From an uncultured delta proteobacterium (GTDB lineage Bacteria; Desulfobacterota; Binatia; UBA9968): DNA of 64,000 nucleotides. The stretch lies in contig CAVSHR010000011.1 in assembly GCA_963727625.1 (NCBI GenBank), positions 64,001 to 128,000 on the forward strand. The letters are read 5' to 3'. Numbering within the stretch: position 1 is the stretch's first letter; each line of letters opens with the position of its first letter. A program made the position numbers and the translations under genes. The notes under the pieces were generated by a model that had not been told where the DNA came from, made no database searches, and saw only the letters and a list, made by a program, of their open reading frames with translations. Shown in pieces: positions 17,280 to 27,959 of this stretch.

Positions 17280-17710
17280 AATTGGCAGCGCTTACATCCG
17301 GCGCCACGGTCCAACGTGATCGCGGATATGGTCCGTGGCGCTGGTTTCTCATTCCACTTAAACTCTCCGCAAATTTTCCGCCGCGATCTCTCCGGCGGAC
17401 TGATTCCAATGCCGGTGCAAGGGGACTCGCCGTTTGTCAACGCAGCGGGTACGCCGTCGCGTTAATCGTCCGGTAGATCTTTTATAAATAAGAGTCACTC
17501 TCGCAGGGCCAGAGGCAAGATGCCTTGGCGCTTCTTGTCGTTTTTGGGCGTCCGAATATAGCTTTCGTGAATTTGGATTATTTCTTGGTGGTTTCGTGCG
17601 CGTCGCGATGGCGCAACCTTTCGGATCATGACGTGAACATTGGTTACGGGAATCTCTCGCCCAGTCCGTGGTTACCTGGGCAATTTTACATGATCTTGCC
17701 GAAGGGTCGG

Positions 17711-17726
17711 TGGCACGAAACATGCT
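17711..17726 (+). promoter_or_regulatory. putative sigma54 (-24/-12) promoter
   Basis: TGGCACGAAACATGCT (GG-N10-GC) upstream of the response regulator/EAL operon. Confidence 0.5.
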
Positions 17727-18000
17727 CAAGATTGTCAAATTGAATGCTAAAGCTCCCGGAGTCAAAGTCGCGGCCAATGCTGGTAATTCACGGATGTGCT
17801 CTCTTTGAGGAAAAAATAAGGAATTAAGGAAGTTGCCGCCGCGTTAAATGTTTTCAGCGTCCATATAACGAGATTACCGGATGGCGCGCTGTGAACGGCA
17901 ATGAACAAGACTCGACTGCTAAGGACAATCAGCGTTACACGCAAGCGGAATCCTCGGGGCGGCTCCCGCGCAGCGCGCAGAGGGGAAAGTAAAAAAAGCG

Positions 18001-18402
18001 ATGGGAAAATCGATATTAATAGTTGATGACAATCCAGTGAATATGAAGCTTATCCGGATATTGCTCGGCGGCGAGGGCTATGATGTCCAGACGGCGGCGG
18101 ATGCAGAGGAAGCCTTGCGAATCCTGCAGCAATCGCATCCGTCCATGATCCTGATGGACATCCAGTTGCCGGGGATTGACGGTCTGGAGCTTACGCGGCG
18201 CCTCAAAGGGGACCCCCTGACACGCGATATTCGTATCTTGGGGTTGACCGCTTATGCCATGAAAGGGGACGAAGAGAGAATTTTAGCCGCCGGTTGCGAC
18301 GGCTACATTGCCAAGCCCATCGACACGCGCTCTCTACCGGGCGTCATAGAGAGCTATCTCGAACTTGATCCAGTGAAAAAGCCTACAGCGGCGCGTTTGT
18401 GA
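18001..18402 (+). CDS. single-domain response regulator (DivK/CheY-like)
   Basis: ILIVDD, LMDIQLPG, TAYAMKGD, AGCDGYIAKPI. Confidence 0.9.
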   Translation: MGKSILIVDDNPVNMKLIRILLGGEGYDVQTAADAEEALRILQQSHPSMILMDIQLPGIDGLELTRRLKGDPLTRDIRILGLTAYAMKGDEERILAAGCDGYIAKPIDTRSLPGVIESYLELDPVKKPTAARL

Positions 18403-18437
18403 TAGCGACCCATGGCAATCCGTGCGAATACACCTCA

Positions 18438-21161
18438 ATGAAAATTCTTGTTGTTGAAGATAACCCGTTATCGAGGAAGTTTACCCGAGTCGCGCTAGAA
18501 GCTGATGGTTTTTCCGTGGTCGAAGCGAAGGACGGGCAGTCCGCCATCGCGAGCCTTGAACGCGAGCTTCCGAATCTAATTTTGCAGGATATTCTGCTTC
18601 CCGATATCGACGGATTCGAGCTCGTGAACCGATTGCACGCCGTGCCCGGCGCGGAATCCATTCCAATCCTGGCGTTGACTGGATTGATCAGCAAGAACGG
18701 TGAAACCAAGCTGCCGCAGGCTGCCTTCGAGGATTATCTGTTCAAGCCGGTTGACCCGGTGTTTCTAACCAGCACCGTGCGCGCCCATTTGGCGGCGAAT
18801 CAGACTTCGAAGCAAAAGCCGGGGCAAGGGCTCGTCATTCTTGCGGTCGACGATGACCCGAGGCAGCTCAAGCTTCTGGCGACCTATTTAGGCAACCTCG
18901 GCTTTGGCGTGACCACGGCTAAAGACGGTAATGAAGCGTTGAGGAAAGCCTCAGCGACGCTGCCCGACGCTATAATTTCGGATGTTTTGATGCCCGGGCT
19001 CGACGGTTTCGAGCTGTGTAGGGCGATCCGAAAACATGACCGGCTCGGGCTGATTCCGGTAATCTTACTGACCAATAGTTACTACGACTCAGCTGACAAG
19101 CGGATGGCGGCGGAGATTGGCGCCAACGCGCTGGTGATGCGCACACCGGACTGCAAGGACGGCGTGAAAGCCCTGCTCCACAGCCTTGTTGATCCCGCCC
19201 CGGTGCCGATGCCCGATGAAAGCGGATTTGAATCCCTGCACCGTGATAGTTTGATGCGACAGCTCAATCGCCAGGCGAAGCTCAACGTCGACTTAGCGCG
19301 CCGCTGCGCGGTGCAGAGCGCCCAGATCGCCGTCCTTGCCAGCGTGGCGCAAAGCTTTTTGCGCTCCGGGGAAAACATCGAAAGCCTCTTGTCCGAAATT
19401 CTCGCCCATTACATGGCGGTTATCGGTTTTTCGCGCGGCGTCGTCTATCTGATGGATCAAGACTCGGTCCTGAAGCTGTCAGGTCAGATTGGATTTTTCA
19501 CAAGCAGCGAAAATGCCTTGACAGACTTTTTCGGCTGCAGCGATCTCTTATATTCAACCATGGCGCAGAAAGAACCGGTGGTCTTCAGCGCGCCAGCCGT
19601 CGAGGAAAAATATCAAACCCTGCTGGACCGCTCCGGGGTGCGCTCCGTGCTCCTCGCTCCGCTCGCCTTCAATGACCGCGCGCTCGGCGCCATCGGATTG
19701 TTTTCCGATAGCCGACAGCTATATCCCGAATGGATTAGCTTTTCGAAATTGATTAACGGCCAAATCAGCCAAGCGGTGGCGCTGTGGCAAACGATTTCTC
19801 AATTGAAATTTTTGGCCGCCTATGATCCTTTGACCGCTTTGCCGAACCGGGCTCGGATGGCCAAACGGGTGGATGAAATCCTCGATCGAGGGGACAGTTC
19901 GGCCGAGGTTGCATTGTTGCGGATCAACATCGATCGATTCGAAGAAATCAACAATGCGCTCAGTTATCAAAAAGGCGATGAATTGTTGCGCCAGTTCGCG
20001 GCCAGGCTTCAAAAATCCGTTCGTAACGCCGACCTGTTGGCGCGGCTCGATGCCGATGAATTCGCCGTGGTGCTTTCGGGAAACGGTGTCGCGCAGCAGG
20101 TGCCGGAAACCGCCCGGTTGATTTTCGCCGCATTGGAAGCGCCGTTCACCATCGATCATCTTCCGTTGGAAGTTAACGCGAGCATCGGCGTGGCGCTGGC
20201 GCCCGAGCATGCGACGAACGCCGAAGATTTGCTGCGTCGGAGCGATATGGCAATGCGGGCGGCGAAGCGCTCGGTTTCGGGTTATTCTATTTACACAACG
20301 GCCATCGACAAATACGATCCGCAGCGTTTAACGCTGATGGGCGAGCTCAGTTACGCCATCGATCACGACGAGCTTGCACTCTTTTATCAGCCGAAGATTA
20401 GCTTTAAAAGCAACCGGATCGTCGGTGTCGAAGCACTGCTGCGCTGGTACCATCCGCAACGGGGCATGGTCGCACCGGATGAGTTCATACCGCTCGCCGA
20501 AAAAACCGGCGCGATCCAAAGACTCACTCAATGGGTGTTCACCAAAGCGATCCGACAAGCGGCACTCTGGCGTCGCGCTGGGATTCCGCTCAAAGTTTCG
20601 CTTAATCTATCGGTGCGCAATCTGCTCGAGCCGACGTTCCCGAACCGGATGATGTCGATCATCGAAAGCGAGGGCGCCGGGGTTGATGGCATCACCATGG
20701 AGATCACCGAAAGCGCCTTGATGGCGGACCCGGCGACGGCGAGAAAAGTGCTGATCGTTTTGAGTGAGCGAGGTCTGCATTTTTCGATCGATGATTTCGG
20801 CACGGGTTATTCCTCGCTAGCCTACCTCAAGCATTTGCCGGTGGGCGAAATTAAAATAGATAAACTGTTTGTCGCCAAACTAAACACCGACGCGGACGAC
20901 AGCGCCATCGTGCGTTCGACCATCGAGCTCGGCCATAACCTTGGTCTCTCCGTGACCGCGGAAGGGGTCGAAGACGAGCAGACCTGGGCGAGGCTGGCCG
21001 AGCTGGGGTGCGATGAGGCGCAGGGATATTACATGAGTCGGCCGCTCCCTTTGGATCAACTGGAGCGCTGGCTGATCGAATCGCAGTGGGGTGTGCAACC
21101 GGCACTTGATGGCGCGAAGGTCCAAGCGCCATTGAGTGACGCAAACTTGAGACCTCTTTAA
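18438..21161 (+). CDS. REC-REC-GAF-GGDEF(degenerate)-EAL c-di-GMP phosphodiesterase
   Basis: Two receiver domains, RLDADEF, VEALLRW, IDDFGTGYSSL. Confidence 0.9.
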   Translation: MKILVVEDNPLSRKFTRVALEADGFSVVEAKDGQSAIASLERELPNLILQDILLPDIDGFELVNRLHAVPGAESIPILALTGLISKNGETKLPQAAFEDYLFKPVDPVFLTSTVRAHLAANQTSKQKPGQGLVILAVDDDPRQLKLLATYLGNLGFGVTTAKDGNEALRKASATLPDAIISDVLMPGLDGFELCRAIRKHDRLGLIPVILLTNSYYDSADKRMAAEIGANALVMRTPDCKDGVKALLHSLVDPAPVPMPDESGFESLHRDSLMRQLNRQAKLNVDLARRCAVQSAQIAVLASVAQSFLRSGENIESLLSEILAHYMAVIGFSRGVVYLMDQDSVLKLSGQIGFFTSSENALTDFFGCSDLLYSTMAQKEPVVFSAPAVEEKYQTLLDRSGVRSVLLAPLAFNDRALGAIGLFSDSRQLYPEWISFSKLINGQISQAVALWQTISQLKFLAAYDPLTALPNRARMAKRVDEILDRGDSSAEVALLRINIDRFEEINNALSYQKGDELLRQFAARLQKSVRNADLLARLDADEFAVVLSGNGVAQQVPETARLIFAALEAPFTIDHLPLEVNASIGVALAPEHATNAEDLLRRSDMAMRAAKRSVSGYSIYTTAIDKYDPQRLTLMGELSYAIDHDELALFYQPKISFKSNRIVGVEALLRWYHPQRGMVAPDEFIPLAEKTGAIQRLTQWVFTKAIRQAALWRRAGIPLKVSLNLSVRNLLEPTFPNRMMSIIESEGAGVDGITMEITESALMADPATARKVLIVLSERGLHFSIDDFGTGYSSLAYLKHLPVGEIKIDKLFVAKLNTDADDSAIVRSTIELGHNLGLSVTAEGVEDEQTWARLAELGCDEAQGYYMSRPLPLDQLERWLIESQWGVQPALDGAKVQAPLSDANLRPL

Positions 21162-21450
21162 TCCTTGTTTCGACTTTCCAATATTTTCCCTAATATGTGT
21201 TGAACTGAGCCGCAGCTGGCGCGGCGCTTTCATCGAGTTCCCTCTCCTATTCAGATTTTCTCATTGATTTGCTGCCGCACGGACGAGGCGAAAAGCGCCG
21301 CGCCGCACGCGTTGGCATTTCTCCGACTTCTTCAAGGACACCGTGATTGATCTTCTGATCGCCGCATCGCGCGCAGAAAACCTGCTTCGCTTGACAATCG
21401 GTTCGAGGCTCAAATAAGGTCAGCACAAATTCTCAAGGAGGTATCGAATC

Positions 21451-22290
21451 GTGGCAGCAACTTTATGGAAAGAATACAAGACGGTTAAGGTCGAAAAGGA
21501 AGACGGGATTACCTGGTGTATTCTCAACCGCCCGGAAAAGCGCAATGCGATGAATCCACAGCTTCATTACGACATGCTGGAAGCCCTCACCGAGCTGGAA
21601 GTTGACAAGGAAACCAAAGTACTGGTTCTTACCGGCGCCGGGCCGAGCTGGTGCGCCGGACAGGATTTGCGCGAATATTTCCGCGGTACCGACACCAATC
21701 CGTTGGAAAGGCGCCGAGCGAGTTGGGCCTCGCAAGAGTGGCGCTGGCGCCGCTTGTTCTACTTTCCCAAGCCGACCATCGCCATGGTTAACGGCTTTTG
21801 CTTCGGCGGCGCGTTCACGCCCCTGATCGCTTGCGATTTCGCCATTGCCGCGGAGGATGCGACCTTCGGCTTGAGCGAAGTCAATTGGGGAATATTCCCG
21901 GGCGGATTGGTCAGCCGCGTGTTGGCTGACGCCATGTGTTACCGCGACGCCATGTGGGCGATCATGACCGGCGATCCGTTCGACGGTAAAAAAGCCGCTG
22001 AGGTCAAACTGATCAATTACGCGGTACCGAAAGAAAAGTTGCGCGACGAGACCATAGCCCTGGCGCAGAAACTTATGAAGAAAAATCCCCAAGTGCTGCG
22101 CGCCGCCAAGGAAGTCTATAAATATTGCCGGACGATGGATTACGGCCAGGCGGAAGATTACATGGGCGCGAAAGGCACGGCGTTGCGCTTCACCGATCCA
22201 GAAAAAGGCCGGGAGACCGGAATGGAGCAGTTTCTCGACAAAAAAACTTACCGGCCGGGTCTGGGCGAATACGATCGCAACGCGAAATAA
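21451..22290 (+). CDS. p-hydroxycinnamoyl-CoA hydratase/lyase (crotonase family)
   Basis: NRPEKRNAMNP, AGQDLREYFR, EWRWRRL, GLSEVNWGI.PGG, YRPGL. Confidence 0.85.
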   Translation: MAATLWKEYKTVKVEKEDGITWCILNRPEKRNAMNPQLHYDMLEALTELEVDKETKVLVLTGAGPSWCAGQDLREYFRGTDTNPLERRRASWASQEWRWRRLFYFPKPTIAMVNGFCFGGAFTPLIACDFAIAAEDATFGLSEVNWGIFPGGLVSRVLADAMCYRDAMWAIMTGDPFDGKKAAEVKLINYAVPKEKLRDETIALAQKLMKKNPQVLRAAKEVYKYCRTMDYGQAEDYMGAKGTALRFTDPEKGRETGMEQFLDKKTYRPGLGEYDRNAK

Positions 22291-22391
22291 AGTTCAAGGT
22301 TCAATAGTTCAACGTTCAAGATCGGATGCGGGTTTTGGGTTGACAGTTTGTCAGCAATCCAAAATCCGCACTTCGATATAATGGAGCAGCA

Positions 22392-23555
22392 GTGGATTTC
22401 GATTTACCTGAAGAGCTGCAGCTTTTGAAGGGAACGGTTCGCAAGTTCGTTGACCGAGAGCTGATCCCGCTCGAGCGCGAGTGCCGCCCGGAAGGCGAAG
22501 ACATGCCGGAGCAGTACATCAAGCCGCTCCAGGAGAAAGCCAAGGCGATCGGCCTCTGGCTGCTCGACGTGCCTCAGGAATACGGCGGCGCCGGTCTCGA
22601 CTTGATGAGCCGCTGCGTGATTATGGAAGAAGTGGCGCGCACGGTGGCGATTCCGTTTCGCTACGCGCCGATCTTCGGCCCGGAAGTCCGGCCGGTGCTG
22701 TTTCACTGCAACGATGAACAGAAGCAGCGATTTCTGTTTCCGGTGATTCGCGGTGAGAAGAAAATTTGTTTCGCACAGACCGAGCCGGATGCCGGCAGCG
22801 ATCCGGCGGGAATGAAAACTCGCGCGGTGCGCGACGGCGATCATTACATGATCAACGGGACCAAGCGTTTTATCACGGGAGCCAAGACCGCCGATTACGC
22901 TCAGGTGATTGCCGTGACTGATCCGCAGAAAGGCGCTCGCGGCGGAGTGAGCTGCTTCGTCGTCGATATGAAGGCGCCGGGAGTGACGCTCGAAAAATTG
23001 TGGCCTACGATGATGGGCGACACGCCTGGGCAGATCCTTTTCGAAAACGTGCGCGTGCCGGCGGCGGATATGATCGGCAAGGAAGGCGAGGGATTTTCCA
23101 TCGCTCAGGGTTGGATCCAGGAGGGCCGCATCCGCGGCCACGGCGCCCGTCCGGTTGGCATCGCTTCCCGCGCTCTCGACATGATGATCGAATATTCCAA
23201 AGTACGCACGACTTTTGGCCGGCCGCTGGCCGACCGCCAAGCGATCCAGTTCATGATCGCAGACTCGGCGATGGAGTTGCATGCCTGCCGGCTGATGGTC
23301 TATGAGTGCGCATGGCGCCATGACCGCGGCGAAGACATTCGCCAGCTTTCCTACATGACCAAGATTCTGTGCGCCGAGATGGCGAGCCGGGTGGTCGACC
23401 GCTCGATTCAAGTGCACGGCGGGTTAGGGCTGATGCGCGAGTTGCCGCTCGAGTGGTGGTACCGGCAAGTGCGCAGCATCCGAATCACCGAAGGCACGCC
23501 GGAGGTCCTGCGCTGGCGCTTGGCGCAGCATATCATCAAAAATCACAAGGGCTGA
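22392..23555 (+). CDS. acyl-CoA dehydrogenase
   Basis: FAQTEPDAGSD, NGTKRFIT, QVHGGLG, RITEGTPE. Confidence 0.9.
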   Translation: MDFDLPEELQLLKGTVRKFVDRELIPLERECRPEGEDMPEQYIKPLQEKAKAIGLWLLDVPQEYGGAGLDLMSRCVIMEEVARTVAIPFRYAPIFGPEVRPVLFHCNDEQKQRFLFPVIRGEKKICFAQTEPDAGSDPAGMKTRAVRDGDHYMINGTKRFITGAKTADYAQVIAVTDPQKGARGGVSCFVVDMKAPGVTLEKLWPTMMGDTPGQILFENVRVPAADMIGKEGEGFSIAQGWIQEGRIRGHGARPVGIASRALDMMIEYSKVRTTFGRPLADRQAIQFMIADSAMELHACRLMVYECAWRHDRGEDIRQLSYMTKILCAEMASRVVDRSIQVHGGLGLMRELPLEWWYRQVRSIRITEGTPEVLRWRLAQHIIKNHKG

Positions 23556-23683
23556 CCAGGCTGCTGAAAAAGACTCCTATGCTTCGTTGCGCTCGATCGC
23601 CTCGCTCCGACGTACTGAGGAGTTCGCCCGCGCTCGTTGATTCGTCGCGCGCCTCGCCTCTGAGATCTTTTTGAGCAGCCTGG
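23556..23683. mobile_element. MITE-like element with 18-bp terminal inverted repeats
   Basis: CCAGGCTGCTGAAAAAGA ... TCTTTTTGAGCAGCCTGG (1 mismatch), 128 bp, no credible coding sequence. Confidence 0.6.
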
Positions 23684-23706
23684 AGATCCAAATCAAAAAC
23701 GCTCCA

Positions 23707-24915
23707 ATGAATGATAGATTTAACGCAACCTCGCTCCTGCCCGGCTTTCGTGTTCTCGATCTAACCTCGTCGATCGGTGCGCTCTGCGGCAAGTTGCTCG
23801 GCGACCTTGGCCTGGACGTGATCAAGGTGGAACCACCGGCCGGCGACGCGACAAGGTCCGAGCCGCCTTTTGCCAAGGGTCACGCGCACAGGGAAGGCAG
23901 TTTGCGCTTCGCTTATCTCAACGCCGGCAAGCGCAGCCTCACGCTTGATATCACCCAGGCACGCGGTCGAAGTTTGTTACTCGATTTGGTCGAGCGCGCG
24001 GACGTGATTGTAGAAGATTTTGCCCCCGGGTCTCTTGCCGGATTAGGTCTCGGTTACGAAGCTCTGCTCGAAAGGCAAAACAAATTAATTCTCGTCTCCC
24101 TGAGCGGTTTCGGCCAGGACGGGCCTTACGCCAGTTACAAAACGACAGACCTCATCGGCAACGCCATGGGTGGTTTGCTCTACATCAGCGGCGACCCGAA
24201 GATGACGCCGTGCAATCCGCCTGAGACTCAGTCGTTCTACTATACTAGTCTCTTCGCAACCTATGGAGTCATGCTCGCGCTTTGGCAACGCGAGAGCCGC
24301 GGCATCGGCGCATGGATCGATGCTTCGGTGCAGGCGAGCATGGCGCTGCACGAGCACGTCGCGTTCAACTATTCCGCCGAGGGCCGGGTGATGAAGCGCG
24401 CCGGCAGCCAGCACCAGCACAACGCCCCGGCAAATTTGTTTCAGTGCAAGAACGGCTGGATTTCATTGTTTGTTACCCAGACTCACTGGCCCCTGCTCCT
24501 CAGGGTTTGGCCGGATCACGATCCGGAGCTCGACGATCCCAAGTGGATCAACAGCAACCTGCGCCGCCAGCATGCCGACTACATCAACGCGCAAGTCACC
24601 TCGTTTACCTTGCAATTTACCAAGGAAGATCTCGCCGAACTGATGCAGAAGCACGGCATCCCGGGTCTGCCGGTAAATTCTCCTTCGGATTTTATGAAAG
24701 ATCCGCACATTCAGGCGCGCGGGTTTTTTGCAAACGTCAATCATCCCGTACTCGGTTCGTACAGCCGAGCAGGAACTCCTTTTATGGTCGACGGCCGGCG
24801 ATCGCCGCCATTAGCCGCGCCGCTGCTGGGACAGCATAATCATGAGGTGTTTTGCGGCGAGTTGAGATTGAGCGCGAGTGAAGTGGCCGTGTTGGCGGCG
24901 GAGAAAATTATTTAG
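23707..24915 (+). CDS. CoA-transferase family III (CaiB/BaiF)
   Basis: RVLDL, VIKVEPPAGD, NAGKRSLTLD, APLLGQHN. Confidence 0.9.
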   Translation: MNDRFNATSLLPGFRVLDLTSSIGALCGKLLGDLGLDVIKVEPPAGDATRSEPPFAKGHAHREGSLRFAYLNAGKRSLTLDITQARGRSLLLDLVERADVIVEDFAPGSLAGLGLGYEALLERQNKLILVSLSGFGQDGPYASYKTTDLIGNAMGGLLYISGDPKMTPCNPPETQSFYYTSLFATYGVMLALWQRESRGIGAWIDASVQASMALHEHVAFNYSAEGRVMKRAGSQHQHNAPANLFQCKNGWISLFVTQTHWPLLLRVWPDHDPELDDPKWINSNLRRQHADYINAQVTSFTLQFTKEDLAELMQKHGIPGLPVNSPSDFMKDPHIQARGFFANVNHPVLGSYSRAGTPFMVDGRRSPPLAAPLLGQHNHEVFCGELRLSASEVAVLAAEKII

Positions 24916-25030
24916 ACCAATTAATAAATGAAAATGGAGAATGGATAATTGAAAACGGATCAAGCCTCATTCGGTAAACTAAGAGACGAGCTCCGAAATT
25001 CTCAATTCTCCATTCTCAATTAATTTAAAG

Positions 25031-26245
25031 ATGGAAACACCAAGTCATATTCTCAAAGGTGTCCGTGTCCTCGCCTTTACCACCGGATACGCCGGTCCCT
25101 ATGCCGGCCGATTGCTTGCCGCTTACGGCGCGGAAGTGATCAAAGTGGAGTCCAAGAAAGGCGGTCTCGATACCTTTCGGCATTACGGCCAGCACAAGGA
25201 TATCGATGCCGCGCCGCGCTTCATTGAGTGCAACCTCGGAGTGCGTTCGTTTGCCATCAATCTCAAACATCCGACCGGCGCCAAGCTAGTCCGAGAAGTG
25301 GCCGGCAAGTCGGATGCGATCCTGCAAAATTTTCGTCCCAGGGTATTGGATAAACTCGGTTTGGGCGATGACGAGCTCAGAAAATTCAATCCTAAACTTG
25401 TGATTGTAAAACTCCCGGGTTTCGGTTCTGAAGGGCCGAAGAGCGGCTATGGAACCTGGGGATTCAATCTCAACGCCTTTTCCGGCATGACCTATCTGTG
25501 GAACCACCCGGAGCAGGACCGGCCCATCGGTAGCCAGGGTGTCTATCCGGATCACTTGGGTTTTGTCATGGGTCCGACGCTGTTGGTCGCGGCGCTCTTG
25601 AGCAGCCGGCGCAGCGGCAAGGGTGTGACCATCGATTTGGCACAGATCGAAGGGACGGCGTACACGTTGGGGGCGACTTACCTCGAAACAACCATCAATG
25701 GCGACGATCCGCAACCCCAAGGCAATCATTACGCGCTGACTGCGCCGCACGGCTGCTACCGCTGCCAGGGTGAGGATCGCTGGTGCGCCATTTCTGTGCG
25801 CGATGATGCAGAGTGGCGCGCATTCTGCCGGGTCATCGGCCAAGCCGAATTCGTGAGCGACGCTCGATTCAGCGATTTGCCGTCGCGACTGAAAAACCGC
25901 GCGGCGCTCGACGAGATTGTTGCCCAGTGGACACGGGGGCAATCGGCGGAAGAAGTTATGACCAAGCTCCAGTGCGCTGGAGTTCCGGCCGGCGTGGTCC
26001 AGACCGGCGCCGATTTATTGAAAGACCCCCAACTCCGTCACCGCAATTATTTTGCGTCCTTTGATGATTCGCTGATCGGGCCTTTCGAGATTCCCCGCGC
26101 CGGCATCGCTTTTCGCGGTACCAACGAGGAACCTTTGCGTCTACCGCACCGGTTCGGCGCCGACAACGATGCGATCCTCGGCGAACTCCTCGGTTACGAC
26201 AGCGCGACCATCGCGCAATGGCGCCGGGAGGAAATCCTCACTTAA
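25031..26245 (+). CDS. CoA-transferase family III (CaiB/BaiF)
   Basis: AGPYAGRLLA.YGAEVIKVES, NFRP, YPDH, PHGCYRC. Confidence 0.9.
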   Translation: METPSHILKGVRVLAFTTGYAGPYAGRLLAAYGAEVIKVESKKGGLDTFRHYGQHKDIDAAPRFIECNLGVRSFAINLKHPTGAKLVREVAGKSDAILQNFRPRVLDKLGLGDDELRKFNPKLVIVKLPGFGSEGPKSGYGTWGFNLNAFSGMTYLWNHPEQDRPIGSQGVYPDHLGFVMGPTLLVAALLSSRRSGKGVTIDLAQIEGTAYTLGATYLETTINGDDPQPQGNHYALTAPHGCYRCQGEDRWCAISVRDDAEWRAFCRVIGQAEFVSDARFSDLPSRLKNRAALDEIVAQWTRGQSAEEVMTKLQCAGVPAGVVQTGADLLKDPQLRHRNYFASFDDSLIGPFEIPRAGIAFRGTNEEPLRLPHRFGADNDAILGELLGYDSATIAQWRREEILT

Positions 26246-26339
26246 GTTTTGTCCGAATAGGTCCATTGCGGCGCGAAGGAGGTTTTTAGGCTCCGCGCCA
26301 GCGTCGTGGCGAAGACTTTCGGTTTTGCTTTGCTCTGGG

Positions 26340-26740
26340 TGGCGTCGAAGCAGGGCTTCAATACCATCGGTCGGTTTATTGACGTGATTCCGCATTATCA
26401 ACTCTCGGTCTATTCCGTCATGCGGCCGTGGGCGGAAAAAAACGCGTGTCGTCGCGCGCTTCATGAAGTCCATCGGCCTCGCCTGGGGCTGGATCTGCGG
26501 TAACAGGGAAGCGGCGGCGGAATGGCCGGCGAAGGAAATGGGGCTGAAGCGCGATTAGGCGCTCAAGGGTTGGGATTTATACACCGGCAAGGGGTTGTGG
26601 CATCCGCTCGGGGACGTTACTTTCGAGGGGCTCGGCGTCGTCGCGCAAATCTACGCCAAGCAGAACCAACTCAAATCGCCGCCCAATCCGGTTAAATTTG
26701 TCGATCAAAGTTGTCGCGCGCGGCGGTCATAGAGCTCGAC
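26340..26740 (+). pseudogene. remnant of ABC substrate-binding protein C-terminal half
   Basis: Fragments IGRFIDVIPHYQLSVYSVMRPWAEKN and DVTFEGLGVVAQIYAKQNQLKSPPNPVKFVDQS in broken frames. Confidence 0.5.
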
Positions 26741-26900
26741 GGACGCTAGAGGATTTCCTGCACGCCGAAACAAATTCGTTGGGACGGTCCGCAATCGGTT
26801 TTTTTGCCGCGAAGATTGTCGTGACGGCGCGCCGGTCTCTTGATAAAATTTTTCAGTGCTCTTATAAATCAGCGATCATGTCTGGTTGGACCGACGCTGA

Positions 26901-27437
26901 GTGATAAACCCACCCAAAACTCTTAAAACCGAACGTCTGCGACTGAGAAAAGCGAAACTGAGCGATGCCGAGGCGATTTTTCGCCAGTATGCCCAAGACC
27001 CGGAGGTGACGCGATACGTGAGCTGGCGCGCCCACTCGGACATCGAAGAGACCCGTAGGTACATGCGCATGTGCCTGCTCGCCTGGGACGTGGGCAGAGC
27101 GTTTCATTGGGTCATTGAAAACTCGGAGGACGGGCAAGTGATTGGCATGATGATCGCCCGCGTGGCCGAGGAAAAATGGGAGATGGGTTACGTCTTGGCG
27201 CGCGCCTACTGGGGCCGCGGCTACATGACCGAAGCCCTCAAGGGTTTCATCTCTTGGGCGCTTAAAGAAAAAGACATCTATCGCATCTGGGCTGTCTGCG
27301 ATGTCGACAATTTTGCCTCGGCCCGGGTTATGGAGAAAGCCGGCATGCAGAGGGAAGGAATCTTGCGCCGCTGGTCGGTGCATCCAAACCTCAGCCCGGA
27401 GCCGCGCGATTCCTATTGTTATGCGATCGTGAAGTGA
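26901..27437 (+). CDS. GNAT N-acetyltransferase (RimJ/RimL-like)
   Basis: TERLRLR, GYVLARAYWGRGYMTEA, NFASARVMEKAGMQREG. Confidence 0.9.
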   Translation: MINPPKTLKTERLRLRKAKLSDAEAIFRQYAQDPEVTRYVSWRAHSDIEETRRYMRMCLLAWDVGRAFHWVIENSEDGQVIGMMIARVAEEKWEMGYVLARAYWGRGYMTEALKGFISWALKEKDIYRIWAVCDVDNFASARVMEKAGMQREGILRRWSVHPNLSPEPRDSYCYAIVK

Positions 27438-27481
27438 AGGAGATAGAGATCGGAGTGATGGGAAAGGTGTGGTTAATTGAC

Positions 27482-27883
27482 ATGTCAAAACCCCTGGTGA
27501 AAGTCTTAGAGTTTTTGTTTTGCCTGCTGGGCGCGTCGGTCGGCTCGGCCGACGACCGGGTGCGAATCGGCTGGGCGGCGATGGCCGCGTCGCACACGCC
27601 GCTCTGGGTCGCCAAGGAAAGAGGACTCTTTGCCAAACAGGGCCTGCTCGCTGAACCGATCTTTTTCGGCGCCGGTCCGCCGGCGATGCAGGCCTTGGTA
27701 GCGGACGACCTCGACATCGTCGTGACGTCGGCGCCCAATGTCGTCAATCCGCGCCTCGGCGGCGCCGATACGGTGATGGTTTTGTCGATCATTCCGACCT
27801 TCATCGACCACATCATCGTCGCGCCGAGCATCATTCATGAGCTCGAAACCTCGGGTACCATCAAGCAGCTGCTCAAGCGGTAG
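27482..27883 (+). pseudogene. NMT1-type substrate-binding protein with large internal deletion
   Basis: N-terminal third (PLWVAKERGLF) joined in frame to the C-terminal helix (IHELETSGTIKQLLKR). Confidence 0.65.
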
Positions 27884-27959
27884 CAAGGCATCACCGCTGC
27901 AGCCGTCCCCGGTGAATGCCGTGCTACGGTTTTGAATTGAAAGCGTGGGAGTCGATCGT

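Noticed and set aside
17280-18000. Short ORFs in the 720-bp intergenic region
   Set aside because: They have no RBS or recognisable motifs, so the region was treated as regulatory DNA.
22292-22320. CRISPR array from GTTCAA-containing repeats
   Set aside because: The units are 7-9 bp with no spacers, and there are no cas genes.
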